From IMG/VR virus record IMGVR_UViG_3300030107_007281: a stretch of DNA of 64,000 nucleotides. The stretch is one strand, 5' to 3'. This document shows positions 7,969 to 18,900 of this stretch, one piece after another. The notes under the pieces were generated by a model. That model saw only the letters and a program-made list of their open reading frames with translations. It was not told where the DNA came from and did no database searches. The stretch is from an uncultured virus (IMG/VR IMGVR_UViG_3300030107_007281) (lineage: Duplodnaviria; Heunggongvirae; Uroviricota; Caudoviricetes). The position numbers were made by a program, and so were the translations under genes. Every line of letters begins with the position of its first letter. Within the stretch, counting starts at the first letter, position 1.

Positions 7969-10962
7969 CTAATAACCCCCTGTTGAATCATCTGTGCTGC
8001 CAACAATACCGCCGCTGCCGTCGTTTGGTTTCGTATACCCGCCGCTGCCGTCGTTTGGTTTCGTATAATTACCAGACGTACCTAAAATTTCTTCTGTTTG
8101 CTTCCCGTTAATCGGCTCGGCTTTTCCAGATACCGTAAAGGAAGAATCATTGGTTTGTGTCATAACATTTGATGTAGCTGCTGTCATACTATAAGAATTG
8201 GCGATTCTGTGGTTCAACATGATGCTATTTGATTCAGATTGTAATAACTGTGTTGTTGAGCTTCTAGGTGGGACGTTTTGTTGTGAATTGTCAAAACTCA
8301 CAATAAAGTATTGATTATTTATTGGAAACGACAATGAGTCGGAATCTATTTTTAAATCGCTATTAATAAAGGGACTTAATCTACAAAGTAAACTTCTATT
8401 TCCGTCGTTTAATTGATTAATTTTTTGTTCATCCAAAAGGTTATAAATTGGTCTATTAATTAAAAATTGCCCTTCATTATTTTTTTCATAACCTTCTAAA
8501 ACTTCAATTTTCGCAACCTTATTGAAACAAACATTCATTGTTGCTTGTGTCTTAACGCCTTTTAACAAGTTTTTGGTCTTTGTCATTTGTAATTTTTTAA
8601 CAAAAGGAAAGCGATACATAAACAAAGCTCTCAATTGATTCGGAAGAGAAGCATAAAAAGCATTAAATTTTGAAGCAGACATTTTTTTACTAGCCAAAGC
8701 AAGCAAATTATCAACAAAATTGATATCATATTCTACTTGATTTGCTTTGTTGATTACAACAGATTGATCAAAAACTTGCTGCACAGCGGGTGATGGGCGT
8801 GTTCGATCTTTATTAAAAGCTTCGTTTTCATCCAATACGCTATCATACTTTACAAATAAAGAATCTGAGCTTAGATACGTTTCAGATCCAATAAATGAAT
8901 CTATGTCTTCTTGGGTTGCAGGGATTACACCACCGGTTGTAGTAGATTTCTCAACAGTTATGTCACTTCCACCAGCCAATTCATCGTTCAAAGGTATGTT
9001 AGTTTCTTCATCCATGATTTCTTCATCTAAGGGTCTCTGTTGTTGTGAAATTCGATTAGGATAATTCACAAAAATATTTGATCTTGATTTTTTAAAAATT
9101 TGATTCACCTCTGGAATTTTGACATCTGAAATATTAAAAAGTTTAATATTCTCTGTTTTATTTTTAATCATAAGGGGTGTTAAATAACTATATTTATTAT
9201 TTTGAAGATTTGCCAATGCTTTATAGCCTTGTGGTATTGTTTTGATTTCTTGTGGTGTTGGTGAGTGACTAAAAAACTTATTGTGCTCAGTGTTTATTCT
9301 CCCTAATAAATCATCTTTTTTTAACGATAAAATAGGATTCTGAGTGGGGCTATTTAAATAAACATATGACATGACAAAATTTGTTGGGATAATGGGTTTT
9401 TTAAAAAGATGTTTTATAATTAACACATTCAAGAGTGAACTATTTTTTACAAACGACTTTTTGGAAAGCAGTGGAGAGTTGGTTCCTATTTTGAAAAATG
9501 AACTAAAAACATTCATTAGTTCTTTTAACTGTTGATTAAAGCTTAAAACAGAAAAACGTGATGCATTTCGCGGATCAAGCTTTGAAGATATTGAATTAGT
9601 TAAATTATTTTTAACAGTTGGGTTCAAATTATACAAAAAAGACGCCGCATTTGTATAAGCAATGTTACTCTTGACCCAAATGGGCATATCTGTTACCGAA
9701 GGATTGTTGACATATTTTTCAAATTTTGATCTATAAAATTTTTCTTTTGTTGAATCAATATCGGTATCATAATTTTCAACAGAACTCATTTCTTGATAAT
9801 AATCATCTAAATTTTTAGAAGCAGTTTTTAAATCATTAAACATATTACCAACAATCTTAACAGTTGGGTCTGTTAACATTATTTCTATCTCATATTGGTA
9901 TTTACCCACTAGGCTTCTATCAACATCAGCATCCAAAAAAGAGTAAGTTCTGATTAAGTCATTATTGCTTGTAGACACAATAGATAAAAGTTTACCTTCA
10001 AGATCCAAATCTGCCAGATTCACGGAATTTTGATTAACTAAAATTTTTGATTCTGGTGTATCTTTTCTTTTTCTTGTTATTTGAAAACTATCAATTCCCA
10101 AATTTGGTGTGATTTTTTTAATTTCTTCATCACTCAAACTACCAAAAAAATCTCCATATTTTGTTTTTTGCATAATTAAGCTTTTAAAATTTATAGAAAA
10201 TAACAAAGACAAGCCTTTTTGTGAGTTCATAGAATACTTCATATCACTAAAAATGGGGGATTCTGTCTTTATTACTTTCTTTGAAATAGAGAAATTATGT
10301 TTTCTATAATCTTTGATTTTATAGTTTTTTACTGTGTTTTTTTTCAAAATTTCATGGTCTTCGCTTGTATGTTGCGAGCCAACCATATATCCCTTATCTG
10401 GGTGATAATGAACAGGGCCTGCATATTGTTTACCACTTGGCAACGTGAATACTGTTGCACTGTTCTTAGCGCGGCCAAAGCGCAAAATTTGGTCTGAACT
10501 GACTGCTCCGTAGTTGTTTGAAATATTTATAGAATCAAGTGAAAACTCTCTTAATAATTCAGTTGTATCAAGAAAAGCAGCACAAAACACTCTTACGTTC
10601 GACTCTGTTTTAGGAAAAAAACAACTAAAAGAATTCATAAAAACCAATTCATTATTATTTTTAGTGATTATTTTATTTACAATCGGCGTTATAAATATTT
10701 TCACTTTTTCATCAGAGCCATAATTTTCCAATATTGCTTGATGATCATATTTTAATAATCCCGTCGTCAAAGACTCATTTAAGGAGCCGTTTGCACTGAT
10801 AACGGTTAAAATTTTTAAATTTTTAGTAATTGGAGAGGAAGACCAACCACGAAGCGTATCATTGGCAATTGTTGAAATATCTATGCGATTCTGTGTTCTG
10901 GAAGAATCAGAAATTTCTATTTTTTTAATTAAAATATCTGGTATATTGACGCCACCCATCAT
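7969..10962 (-). CDS. Large hypothetical protein in structural module
   Basis: 997-aa ORF; YAGPVHYH...MVGSQH motif; low-complexity C-terminal tail ending GGY. Confidence 0.6.
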   Translation of the reverse strand: MMGGVNIPDILIKKIEISDSSRTQNRIDISTIANDTLRGWSSSPITKNLKILTVISANGSLNESLTTGLLKYDHQAILENYGSDEKVKIFITPIVNKIITKNNNELVFMNSFSCFFPKTESNVRVFCAAFLDTTELLREFSLDSINISNNYGAVSSDQILRFGRAKNSATVFTLPSGKQYAGPVHYHPDKGYMVGSQHTSEDHEILKKNTVKNYKIKDYRKHNFSISKKVIKTESPIFSDMKYSMNSQKGLSLLFSINFKSLIMQKTKYGDFFGSLSDEEIKKITPNLGIDSFQITRKRKDTPESKILVNQNSVNLADLDLEGKLLSIVSTSNNDLIRTYSFLDADVDRSLVGKYQYEIEIMLTDPTVKIVGNMFNDLKTASKNLDDYYQEMSSVENYDTDIDSTKEKFYRSKFEKYVNNPSVTDMPIWVKSNIAYTNAASFLYNLNPTVKNNLTNSISSKLDPRNASRFSVLSFNQQLKELMNVFSSFFKIGTNSPLLSKKSFVKNSSLLNVLIIKHLFKKPIIPTNFVMSYVYLNSPTQNPILSLKKDDLLGRINTEHNKFFSHSPTPQEIKTIPQGYKALANLQNNKYSYLTPLMIKNKTENIKLFNISDVKIPEVNQIFKKSRSNIFVNYPNRISQQQRPLDEEIMDEETNIPLNDELAGGSDITVEKSTTTGGVIPATQEDIDSFIGSETYLSSDSLFVKYDSVLDENEAFNKDRTRPSPAVQQVFDQSVVINKANQVEYDINFVDNLLALASKKMSASKFNAFYASLPNQLRALFMYRFPFVKKLQMTKTKNLLKGVKTQATMNVCFNKVAKIEVLEGYEKNNEGQFLINRPIYNLLDEQKINQLNDGNRSLLCRLSPFINSDLKIDSDSLSFPINNQYFIVSFDNSQQNVPPRSSTTQLLQSESNSIMLNHRIANSYSMTAATSNVMTQTNDSSFTVSGKAEPINGKQTEEILGTSGNYTKPNDGSGGYTKPNDGSGGIVGSTDDSTGGY
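8009..8067. repeat. 30-bp tandem duplication (two copies, encodes YTKPNDGSGG x2)
   Basis: ccgccgctgccgtcgtttggtttcgtata occurs at 8009-8037 and 8039-8067. Confidence 0.95.
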
Positions 10963-11843
10963 TCACAATCCTCAACTTCATCTTCTATTACATTTGTTTG
11001 ATAAATATTTATATCACTATCATCTATATCATCACACTCAATTTTTAAGCCAAGATAAATATTTTTATCTCTTAGCTTGCTTATACCTTTACACAATTCA
11101 TTATTAGGAATTTCGCGGTCTTTTAAAAAATTAAAATAGGTTTCCACAATTTTATTATCGAAAACAAATTCTTGTGAATTTTCACCCACTTCATCTAAAA
11201 AAGATAATTGTTGCATCTTTATTTCATCGTATTCGTATCTATAAGCCTCAACTGATAGTGCATCTTTATAATTGAAGCCATTTTTTTCTAAAATATATAA
11301 TAACAAATCATCTCTTTCCAATTTAATAAAAGTATTATCTGCCGCTGTTATAGAACTTATGTAGTCTGGGCTATAATATTCATTATTAATTAGATCCCCC
11401 ACAGACATAGTATAATTCAATTCACACTCAATTTGTGGAATATGATAATATGCACTGTTGGAAGAAGAAATATAACTCATTGAAGAGCTAATATTTCCCA
11501 TAAGCGTTGTCACATTCCATCCATTTGCTCTATTAGAAGTTAATTTGTTCGTACCTATTGGATTAGGCAATACATTAAAATTCTCTGTTATTATATCATT
11601 AAAATGGCGACTCTCGACACCAGTCAAAGTTGTTGGGGGCTTCAAGCTTGGCGTATCAGAAACAATTCTTTTCTTAGTTTCTGTATTGTTCTCTGATATT
11701 GATGCAAGTTCTGAATTATATAAAATATCATCGTCAAAGAAGGCATAAAATTCTGGTTTCAAAAGACCCTTAGAAAGTAAATTTCTCCCATGAGGGGTCA
11801 ATTCTATTTTCATTACATCTTCTTTTTTATTAAAAAACGTCAT
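10959..11843 (-). CDS. Virion structural protein (LTxxGR N-terminal family)
   Basis: MTFFNKKEDVMKIELTPHGRNLLSKG...YAFFDDDILY aligns with the N-terminus of 4918..5883. Confidence 0.6.
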   Translation of the reverse strand: MTFFNKKEDVMKIELTPHGRNLLSKGLLKPEFYAFFDDDILYNSELASISENNTETKKRIVSDTPSLKPPTTLTGVESRHFNDIITENFNVLPNPIGTNKLTSNRANGWNVTTLMGNISSSMSYISSSNSAYYHIPQIECELNYTMSVGDLINNEYYSPDYISSITAADNTFIKLERDDLLLYILEKNGFNYKDALSVEAYRYEYDEIKMQQLSFLDEVGENSQEFVFDNKIVETYFNFLKDREIPNNELCKGISKLRDKNIYLGLKIECDDIDDSDINIYQTNVIEDEVEDCE

Positions 11844-11870
11844 TATTTGTTTACCTCATATAATTCATTA

Positions 11871-14800
11871 TCAATCTAAACGATAATCGCCGCCGGGGCC
11901 ATATGCAATATCTGCTAGGTCGGCGGTGGCGACACCACCCCTAACAGACTCTGCCGCTTCTGGTGTTAAAGTTTCCGATACAGCCTCGGCGGCTTCTTCT
12001 ATTTTACCTTGTGGTATAACGATTTCTCTTACAGAACTTTCACTTGTTTTGCCAATCGACACCGTTGCGTCTAATTTTACTAATTCAACCAAAGAAAAAT
12101 AATCATAAGGCCAGTTATATGTGTTTCTTGGAATGTTCGCTGAACCAAGTGTTGCATCTATTGGTTGTGAACCTCCGCCGGGGGCTGGTGCTGATGCTCC
12201 TCCTCCAGTCTCAACGGTTGGATCTCTGGTCCAATCGAAAGCCTCACGATAGTCAGTTGCTGCTCTTTGTTTCACTTTGAAAACCATCCATCTTACTTTT
12301 GGTGGCAAGTTTATGCCGGGTGCGCCATCATCTATCACTACTCTGTTGTCGGTAATACTCACTCTGGAACCTCCGCCAAGCAGTTCTTTTGCTAATAAAT
12401 CATGACTGATGGTAGACTCCGCTTCTTCCATTATTTCTGTTGCTTTCGGATACAATCCTTGCCATATGTCAGCAAGGTCCTGTTGGTCCAAGGTGTGTTT
12501 AAACTCAAAAATATACATCGCGAAAGGATCCATAGTTTCATCGTGCAAAAAGTCCATACTTGGAGGAAAAACGAATTTTTTCATCTTTTGAACCATTGAG
12601 TAGACTGACTGCCCAACGCGATCTTCAAGATTCTGAGAGGCGTGTCGAATATCAAGCCTATCAAGAGCAAAAAACTTCCTAATTCCTTGTGTTTCTATGA
12701 ATGGAACTGCGACGACAGCTTCAAAAATCTCGGTTAAGTCTGCAACTTTGCCCATGCGAGTTGGGGTTTTATCAAATCCAATATGATCAGCCAATGAAAG
12801 AAGTCCTTTCTTTCCAAGAATATTTTCAGCCCAATTGCCATCAATATCAGTTATCTGTAAAAATACTCCTTCATTTTGTGCTTGTGGTAATTTCCCATAT
12901 TGGTGCCACATGCCCCTTGGAACCGATTGAGATCCGTTAGTGGGAAGCGTAATGGACGTTGAAGACGATAGATGATTAAAGTTTAATATTGGACACTCCC
13001 ACTTTGATTGAATTATCCAGCGAGAAGTTTCTTCCGTCTGGGGGCCCGAAAGATCCCTTTGAGATAGTGTCAAAGAAATTGATGCGCTCAATTGTAATGC
13101 ATTTTGATTGTAAACATAGTTATTAAAATATCCCATACCCTTCTCTTTGCCAGAAGTTTCTGCAACATCAAAAATACTATCCACACCACCAGCGATATTT
13201 GTGCCTGTTTGGGAATCAACATGTCTATAATAGGTTATTTTTGATTGTCTTATAATTTCCGGTATTGTAACAGGGCCGTTACTGGTCGGGGTAAAGTGTA
13301 TATCTGCCCAAGCTTCGCCATGATAATATGGAGGTGTAAAAGGATAGTTTTCTCCCAAATCAGATCGATTACCAACATGAGTTGGGGCACCGCCGGGAGT
13401 ATTCATGGAGCCACTAGAATATTGAACTCTATTAGCCATCATAATAGATGGTGGGCCAAAAGCTGTTGGTCGAGAATACATTGTAAAATTTTCTTGTGAA
13501 GATGTAGAGTACTGTGGAACTGGAAAAAGACCTGTCGTGTTAGAGCCCGAATTAGAAAGAATCTGTGGAGTATTAGTGGTCTTGTACATCTTGACTCTCA
13601 TTGCATATTCTTCACCAAGATCAAAACCTAAGATTTCATTTGAAGGTTTTGAAACAAGTCTAGTGTGAGTTTTTTCTTTTAAAAAGAATTTTGTACTCTC
13701 AGCAAAAAAGTTATTTGCCATCAAATAATATAATCTATCACCGTCATTTGGATTAAAAGTCGCTGATGCAGATATATTAGCGAATTCATGAGGCTCCATA
13801 CAATGGAATGTTATCCCTTCAAGCATTTGTGGATTAATCAACGCTTCAAAAGGAATTCTTTTGGGAAAAATAAGGCCGGGTGCAGAATCGCCCTGATATG
13901 TAAAAGAATATTCATCAAACGTATCGCCGTGAAAAGCCCCACTAACAGACAAATAATAATTCTGATTAGTGGCAGATTCATATTCATGCCAAACTCTTAC
14001 TTTTGAGGCAGGAAATTCCCCGACAGCATCGGGATTATATGAGGCAGACGATGATATCTGTAAAATTTGATCTGTGATCGGATAATCAACAGCCATCCCT
14101 GATTTAATCGAATTAAATAAAATACCGGGAGCAAACATGGGAGCCATAATGTTTTGAAAACCAAATTGGGAAGGATTTGTTGCAGACCAAGCATCAGAAG
14201 CACCAGACATAGCCAAGCTGCCGCTATATGATTTATAAAATTGAGATGCCAATTGGACTGTTCTTTGTTGGGGGTAAAAGCCGTCATACGGTAGCAACTT
14301 CTTAATACCTTTACATTTCATTTTTAAATGTATGGGTGCACCCATTTCTTCATTATCCTCGGCAACAAGCTTGAAGTGTTTTAAAAAATCAGTTGTTGAA
14401 TAAACTTCATAAAAATTATCTTCATTTGAGCCTGTTGTGTTCGCAAGGCCACCAGTAATTTCAAATAAATTTTTGTTTTCAGCTATAGTTGAATTGCTCT
14501 CATAAAATTCAACATGATCAGATATTCTAAATTCCGGTATGATTGACATATCTTTACCGAGTTGCCTTGGGCCTTGAATAAAATTACCATATGAATCGTA
14601 AAAAGGACCTTTTCCTGACTGGGAAGCGGCTTCAAACATGGCGTGCCCAGAGGGAATGGAATAATAATCAAGTTCTTCCATCCAACCGGCACCTTCATAA
14701 TTTACACCTTCAATCAACATTCCATTAATATTGGCGGAAGACGATTTGTGACACAAAACGTGAGGTCTATTATAAAGAGGACCCACTCTCATGAGCCTAT

Positions 14801-15953
14801 CTATTGCTGCAAAAGAAGCCGTGTTGGTTATATAATAAGAATAACTTGAGTAAGAATTTTGCAAAACTCCTTGATCACCCCACAATTGTGCTGGGAAGGA
14901 ATTGGCAATATAGCCCCAGTAAAGAAAACCATAGCCAAGGCCGCTTCGAAGTGATGCCGTTGGAAAATCCGTGGCAGCATCCATTGGCCACATACTTTGT
15001 GATATCATAGAGCCAAAATTATTATCGGTCCCATAAAGGTCTTCTGGGAAAGAGTTCGTGCGATCTTCTCTTCTATCTCTCCACGAAAACGAAAACGTAG
15101 TTCTTTGTCTAGTTTGGTTTCTATAAGTTTGTTTTAATCGAGGATATACAGTTTCTTTATATTCTAATGTTTCAAAAACATCAAGAGGGCTGTTGTCGCT
15201 TTGCAATGCGCCATTTAAATACATATTTTTTAAATTGCCATACGCCTCGGGAAACTGATTAACAATGCCCAGTTCTTGAAGCAAGCCCGTGTTATTAAAA
15301 GTAACGATTGAATTGCCAAGTGGAGCCCTTACTTTGACTCTTTCATAAACCGGACTTAGTTCCCCAAGATCATCAACTGTTTCCACAGTGCCATTTACGG
15401 GTGCTTCGCCCACTATATCAGCAGGGTTTGATATTACTCCACCATTTACAGTAATGGAGTGATATTTGGAAACAACAGGGGTTTCCACAAAAACCAATGT
15501 ATCTCCATATCTTGATAGTATTGTGTTTGCTGGATTTGCAGGCGACGTAAATGCTGGGCCCGGACGTTCTGTAACTGTTAAAATATTTAATTTCTTTTGT
15601 TTTCGAGTAAGTGGATTCTGGCTGGTTCTTGTTTGTTTCCACATTGGATAACCGTAAGGGCCGTTTCTATGAAGCATAAGAGCGGGAAAAAATGATGCTG
15701 TCGTCGAGAGATCAAAAGGGAATCTATAATTTTTAAAAAGCTGTAAAACCCTTGGTTTGCCTTCAAGTTCTCCGCTGATATAAACAGATCCTATTTGATT
15801 TTGTGCCAAAGACAGAGGGACATGTAAACTACCAAAATCATAGCTCTCATAGTATGGTGTTTGCCCGATAGATTCTTGATTCTCAGCATCATATCCATTA
15901 GGTTCATATATAAATGTATTTAATCCAACAAAATCTTGATAATATTTAGCCAT
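11871..15953 (-). CDS. Large virion structural protein (1360 aa)
   Basis: Long ORF in the baseplate module, rich in SGS/TGS/SAS/SSS, coupled to the LamG protein gene. Confidence 0.6.
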   Translation of the reverse strand: MAKYYQDFVGLNTFIYEPNGYDAENQESIGQTPYYESYDFGSLHVPLSLAQNQIGSVYISGELEGKPRVLQLFKNYRFPFDLSTTASFFPALMLHRNGPYGYPMWKQTRTSQNPLTRKQKKLNILTVTERPGPAFTSPANPANTILSRYGDTLVFVETPVVSKYHSITVNGGVISNPADIVGEAPVNGTVETVDDLGELSPVYERVKVRAPLGNSIVTFNNTGLLQELGIVNQFPEAYGNLKNMYLNGALQSDNSPLDVFETLEYKETVYPRLKQTYRNQTRQRTTFSFSWRDRREDRTNSFPEDLYGTDNNFGSMISQSMWPMDAATDFPTASLRSGLGYGFLYWGYIANSFPAQLWGDQGVLQNSYSSYSYYITNTASFAAIDRLMRVGPLYNRPHVLCHKSSSANINGMLIEGVNYEGAGWMEELDYYSIPSGHAMFEAASQSGKGPFYDSYGNFIQGPRQLGKDMSIIPEFRISDHVEFYESNSTIAENKNLFEITGGLANTTGSNEDNFYEVYSTTDFLKHFKLVAEDNEEMGAPIHLKMKCKGIKKLLPYDGFYPQQRTVQLASQFYKSYSGSLAMSGASDAWSATNPSQFGFQNIMAPMFAPGILFNSIKSGMAVDYPITDQILQISSSASYNPDAVGEFPASKVRVWHEYESATNQNYYLSVSGAFHGDTFDEYSFTYQGDSAPGLIFPKRIPFEALINPQMLEGITFHCMEPHEFANISASATFNPNDGDRLYYLMANNFFAESTKFFLKEKTHTRLVSKPSNEILGFDLGEEYAMRVKMYKTTNTPQILSNSGSNTTGLFPVPQYSTSSQENFTMYSRPTAFGPPSIMMANRVQYSSGSMNTPGGAPTHVGNRSDLGENYPFTPPYYHGEAWADIHFTPTSNGPVTIPEIIRQSKITYYRHVDSQTGTNIAGGVDSIFDVAETSGKEKGMGYFNNYVYNQNALQLSASISLTLSQRDLSGPQTEETSRWIIQSKWECPILNFNHLSSSTSITLPTNGSQSVPRGMWHQYGKLPQAQNEGVFLQITDIDGNWAENILGKKGLLSLADHIGFDKTPTRMGKVADLTEIFEAVVAVPFIETQGIRKFFALDRLDIRHASQNLEDRVGQSVYSMVQKMKKFVFPPSMDFLHDETMDPFAMYIFEFKHTLDQQDLADIWQGLYPKATEIMEEAESTISHDLLAKELLGGGSRVSITDNRVVIDDGAPGINLPPKVRWMVFKVKQRAATDYREAFDWTRDPTVETGGGASAPAPGGGSQPIDATLGSANIPRNTYNWPYDYFSLVELVKLDATVSIGKTSESSVREIVIPQGKIEEAAEAVSETLTPEAAESVRGGVATADLADIAYGPGGDYRLD

Positions 15954-15954
15954 T

Positions 15955-18900
15955 CTATTCTCCGAAAATTTCTGATGCTGTTGGGAAAGTTATGGCCGGA
16001 ACAAAACCAGATTCCCCATCTATAACTACTGATGAACTCAAAATTCCACTTCTTGGTGCATAGCCATAAATCCTCTGTCTTCCACTCTTAACAGCATAAG
16101 TTCCCTGTGCTGGTGGAACATACCACTCGCGAGTGTCAATCTTAAAAAAACTCTCTTCACTAATTGTAAATTCATTTGAGCCGATGGCGTCTGGGATAGT
16201 GATAGTTCCTTTCAAAATATCACCTGATCCAGAGGGTGGGCTATATCCAGCCCATTGAGCCTCATAGCCAAGTTTAAACCAAGAAACTATATCACTCTGT
16301 GCGCTATGTGTTGAAGGGTCCAATGGCACTCCATAATTATATAGTTCGTCTATTTCAGCTTGGCTTAATAATTTATCCCAAAAGACAAGATCCTGTATCC
16401 CGCCGTGATTATATAAAAGAACTTCTATTTGTGTAATCGTCGGGGTTGTTCCCCCTATTGCACTAAAATCTGTTGATGGATACTCGATTGCATCAATCCA
16501 AAGTCTTGGGACACCACTAGAAAGGTCATTAACATCGAAATGATATACAAGATGTTTCCATTGATTCAAGGTTTCAAATTGGCTTTCTGCGGTGCCGAAA
16601 TTTGCAGTATCATCATACTCGGCATCATTTTTATAATCAACAGTGGGTTTTTTATTTGCAAAGTCAAGTCTATGCATTATAGTGTTGTCAGCTCTTCTAG
16701 TTCTGATTTGTAAAGAATTACCTGTCATTGAAGATGATACATAATACCAAAGAGAAATAGTAAAATCAGAAGTTCCCAAGCCAGAAAAACTTGTATCTTC
16801 AAATTCTGCATACCAACCTGCATCTTTGATCATAGCAAGATAATTGTTACTTTGGTAAAGAGCAGTAGAGGTATCATATCCACCCAATGAAGATGTTATC
16901 CAACTATATTGAAAATCAGATTGTGGTATTGGTGAATTAAGATAAGCATTATCAAAATTATCTTCAAGAATAGGTGACAAGGTTCTGGATCCTGTCATTG
17001 GAATTTTTCTTCCATTTCTCTGTTGTTTGTGAAAATTTGGAACAACAACATAACTCTCAGCAACGGGGCTTGCATGAATTGGGTCGGCACCAAATTGAGC
17101 AGAGTGTCTTCTTAAAAGAGTTTGGAGACCTTCTCTATAGCCCAATTGGCTATCTAATCTCATAGTGTTCGCTTCGCCACTTCCTGACATTCTAACTGTT
17201 AAATTTCTATAATTGATATTATTATAAACAGAATATTCTTTTGAATATGCATCAAGATAACCCAATGTATTAATCTCGACGCCACCGGGAGCAGAAAAGC
17301 GGTTTGTAATAATTGTTCTGTTTTTGTTTCCATTGAGTGAGGAGTCTATATTTTGTATAACAATATCATTTTCCACCACTTCCGTCACACCGCCGACTAA
17401 ATCATTAAAATCAAAAAATGTTTCATATGTTGGTGTTGATCCCGTTATTGTGCCGTTAAATTCGGCTCCATTTTGGGATGCTGTTAACATAACAATATAT
17501 TTACTTTTTGTTAGAAATGGCCCTTGTAGGAATCTAATATTACCTTGAACATTAATAGATGCCGTTACACCTTGCAAGGCTGCACCAGACTGGTCTTCAA
17601 ATGTATCACCATCTGCAAATTGATAACTAACATCAGCATCGGGATCAGACAAACTACTAGTCAGTGGCAAATAACCACGAAGACCAGCGGCGGCGGCGGT
17701 GGGGGTGGCGGTGTAGTTTACAAAAGTATGTCCGTCATAAATTTCGTTAATGTGCGTTTGTGTCAACACAGATGCCCATGTACCAACATTACATATACCC
17801 CCTTTAAACTCAGCGGTGGTTGTTTTTTCATTACTTCGATTGTACAAATAATAAGGCCCAGTCATGGGATTTGCTGAAAATCCGGGGTTCATTGAAACAT
17901 TTCCAGCCCTAGTAGTAGAAACTTCTGTTCCATTTAGATACATTTTGACATCATTGCTTGCTGTACCGGCATAAGATGCTCCCGAATTATGGGTTATTGC
18001 CAAATGAAACCACTTATCCCAATAGTCGGTCATAACTGGCCCTACCCATTCAATATATTTATTATCACTACCGGACAAATAGTTTTTATAAAATTTTAAA
18101 ACTCTTGTTCCTGAGTTATATTTTATTTGTCTTGCGTACTTAAGAGAAGGTGTGGAATCTTGCGAGTAAATAACACCAGTTGATTGATTGGATTGGGAGA
18201 TATACAGCCACCCTGCCCAGCTAAATTCTCGCAGATTAAACCAGTTACTACTATACGACCCCGACATAAAAACACGATGGTTAACGCCACTATTTGGAAA
18301 AGCATGTAAAAAAGGTGCTGGGCCGACTGTTGAAGAAATTTGGGTTGTTGAGGTTACCATAGAAGAGCTTGCTTGTATGTGTGCTTGCAAGTTGTCTATA
18401 AAATCACTATCGTTAGAGCCAGTCAAAACATTTGAAAAACCAGCAGTATTGGACTCAACAATATATCCTATGCTTGCTCCTCCCGCACCAGATGTAATTT
18501 CAAGCTTTGCACCAGTGGAAATATGATCAATACCATATACTGTAAAGGACCCACTCGCTTTTGCAGGGGTAACTCCGGCCTTATTTGGTTGCCTATTGTT
18601 TTCATGAACCCCAAAAACATTTCCTGATACAAACGCAGCCTGCCCTATCAGAGTCATAGGGTGAGTTGTTTCTGGCATTTCCGATCTTATAGAAGATGGC
18701 AAATATAGAGACTGATTTGGGTTTTCTATAAAATATAGATTGTTTTCTTGTTTGCCAAAGCTTTGTACGACTTCATAATTTTCGCTAAAATTCCCACAAG
18801 AAAATAAAGCACCAGAGCCAGTAACTGTTTGAATATTTCTTATATTTACAGGACGCTTGGCTCTTTCTTCTCGATATAAAGTTGCTGCTTTTCTATCTGG

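Noticed and set aside
8009..8067. 30-bp direct repeat as a CRISPR or attachment site
   Set aside because: Two adjacent in-frame copies without a spacer; a simple coding duplication.
5926..10962. In-frame TAG-ATG junction at 7968/7969 suggesting readthrough or stop-codon reassignment
   Set aside because: TAG ends several genes cleanly, multi-kb ORFs are intact under code 11, and a purine-rich SD-like AGGGGG precedes the ATG at 7968. Occasional readthrough cannot be excluded but is unsupported.
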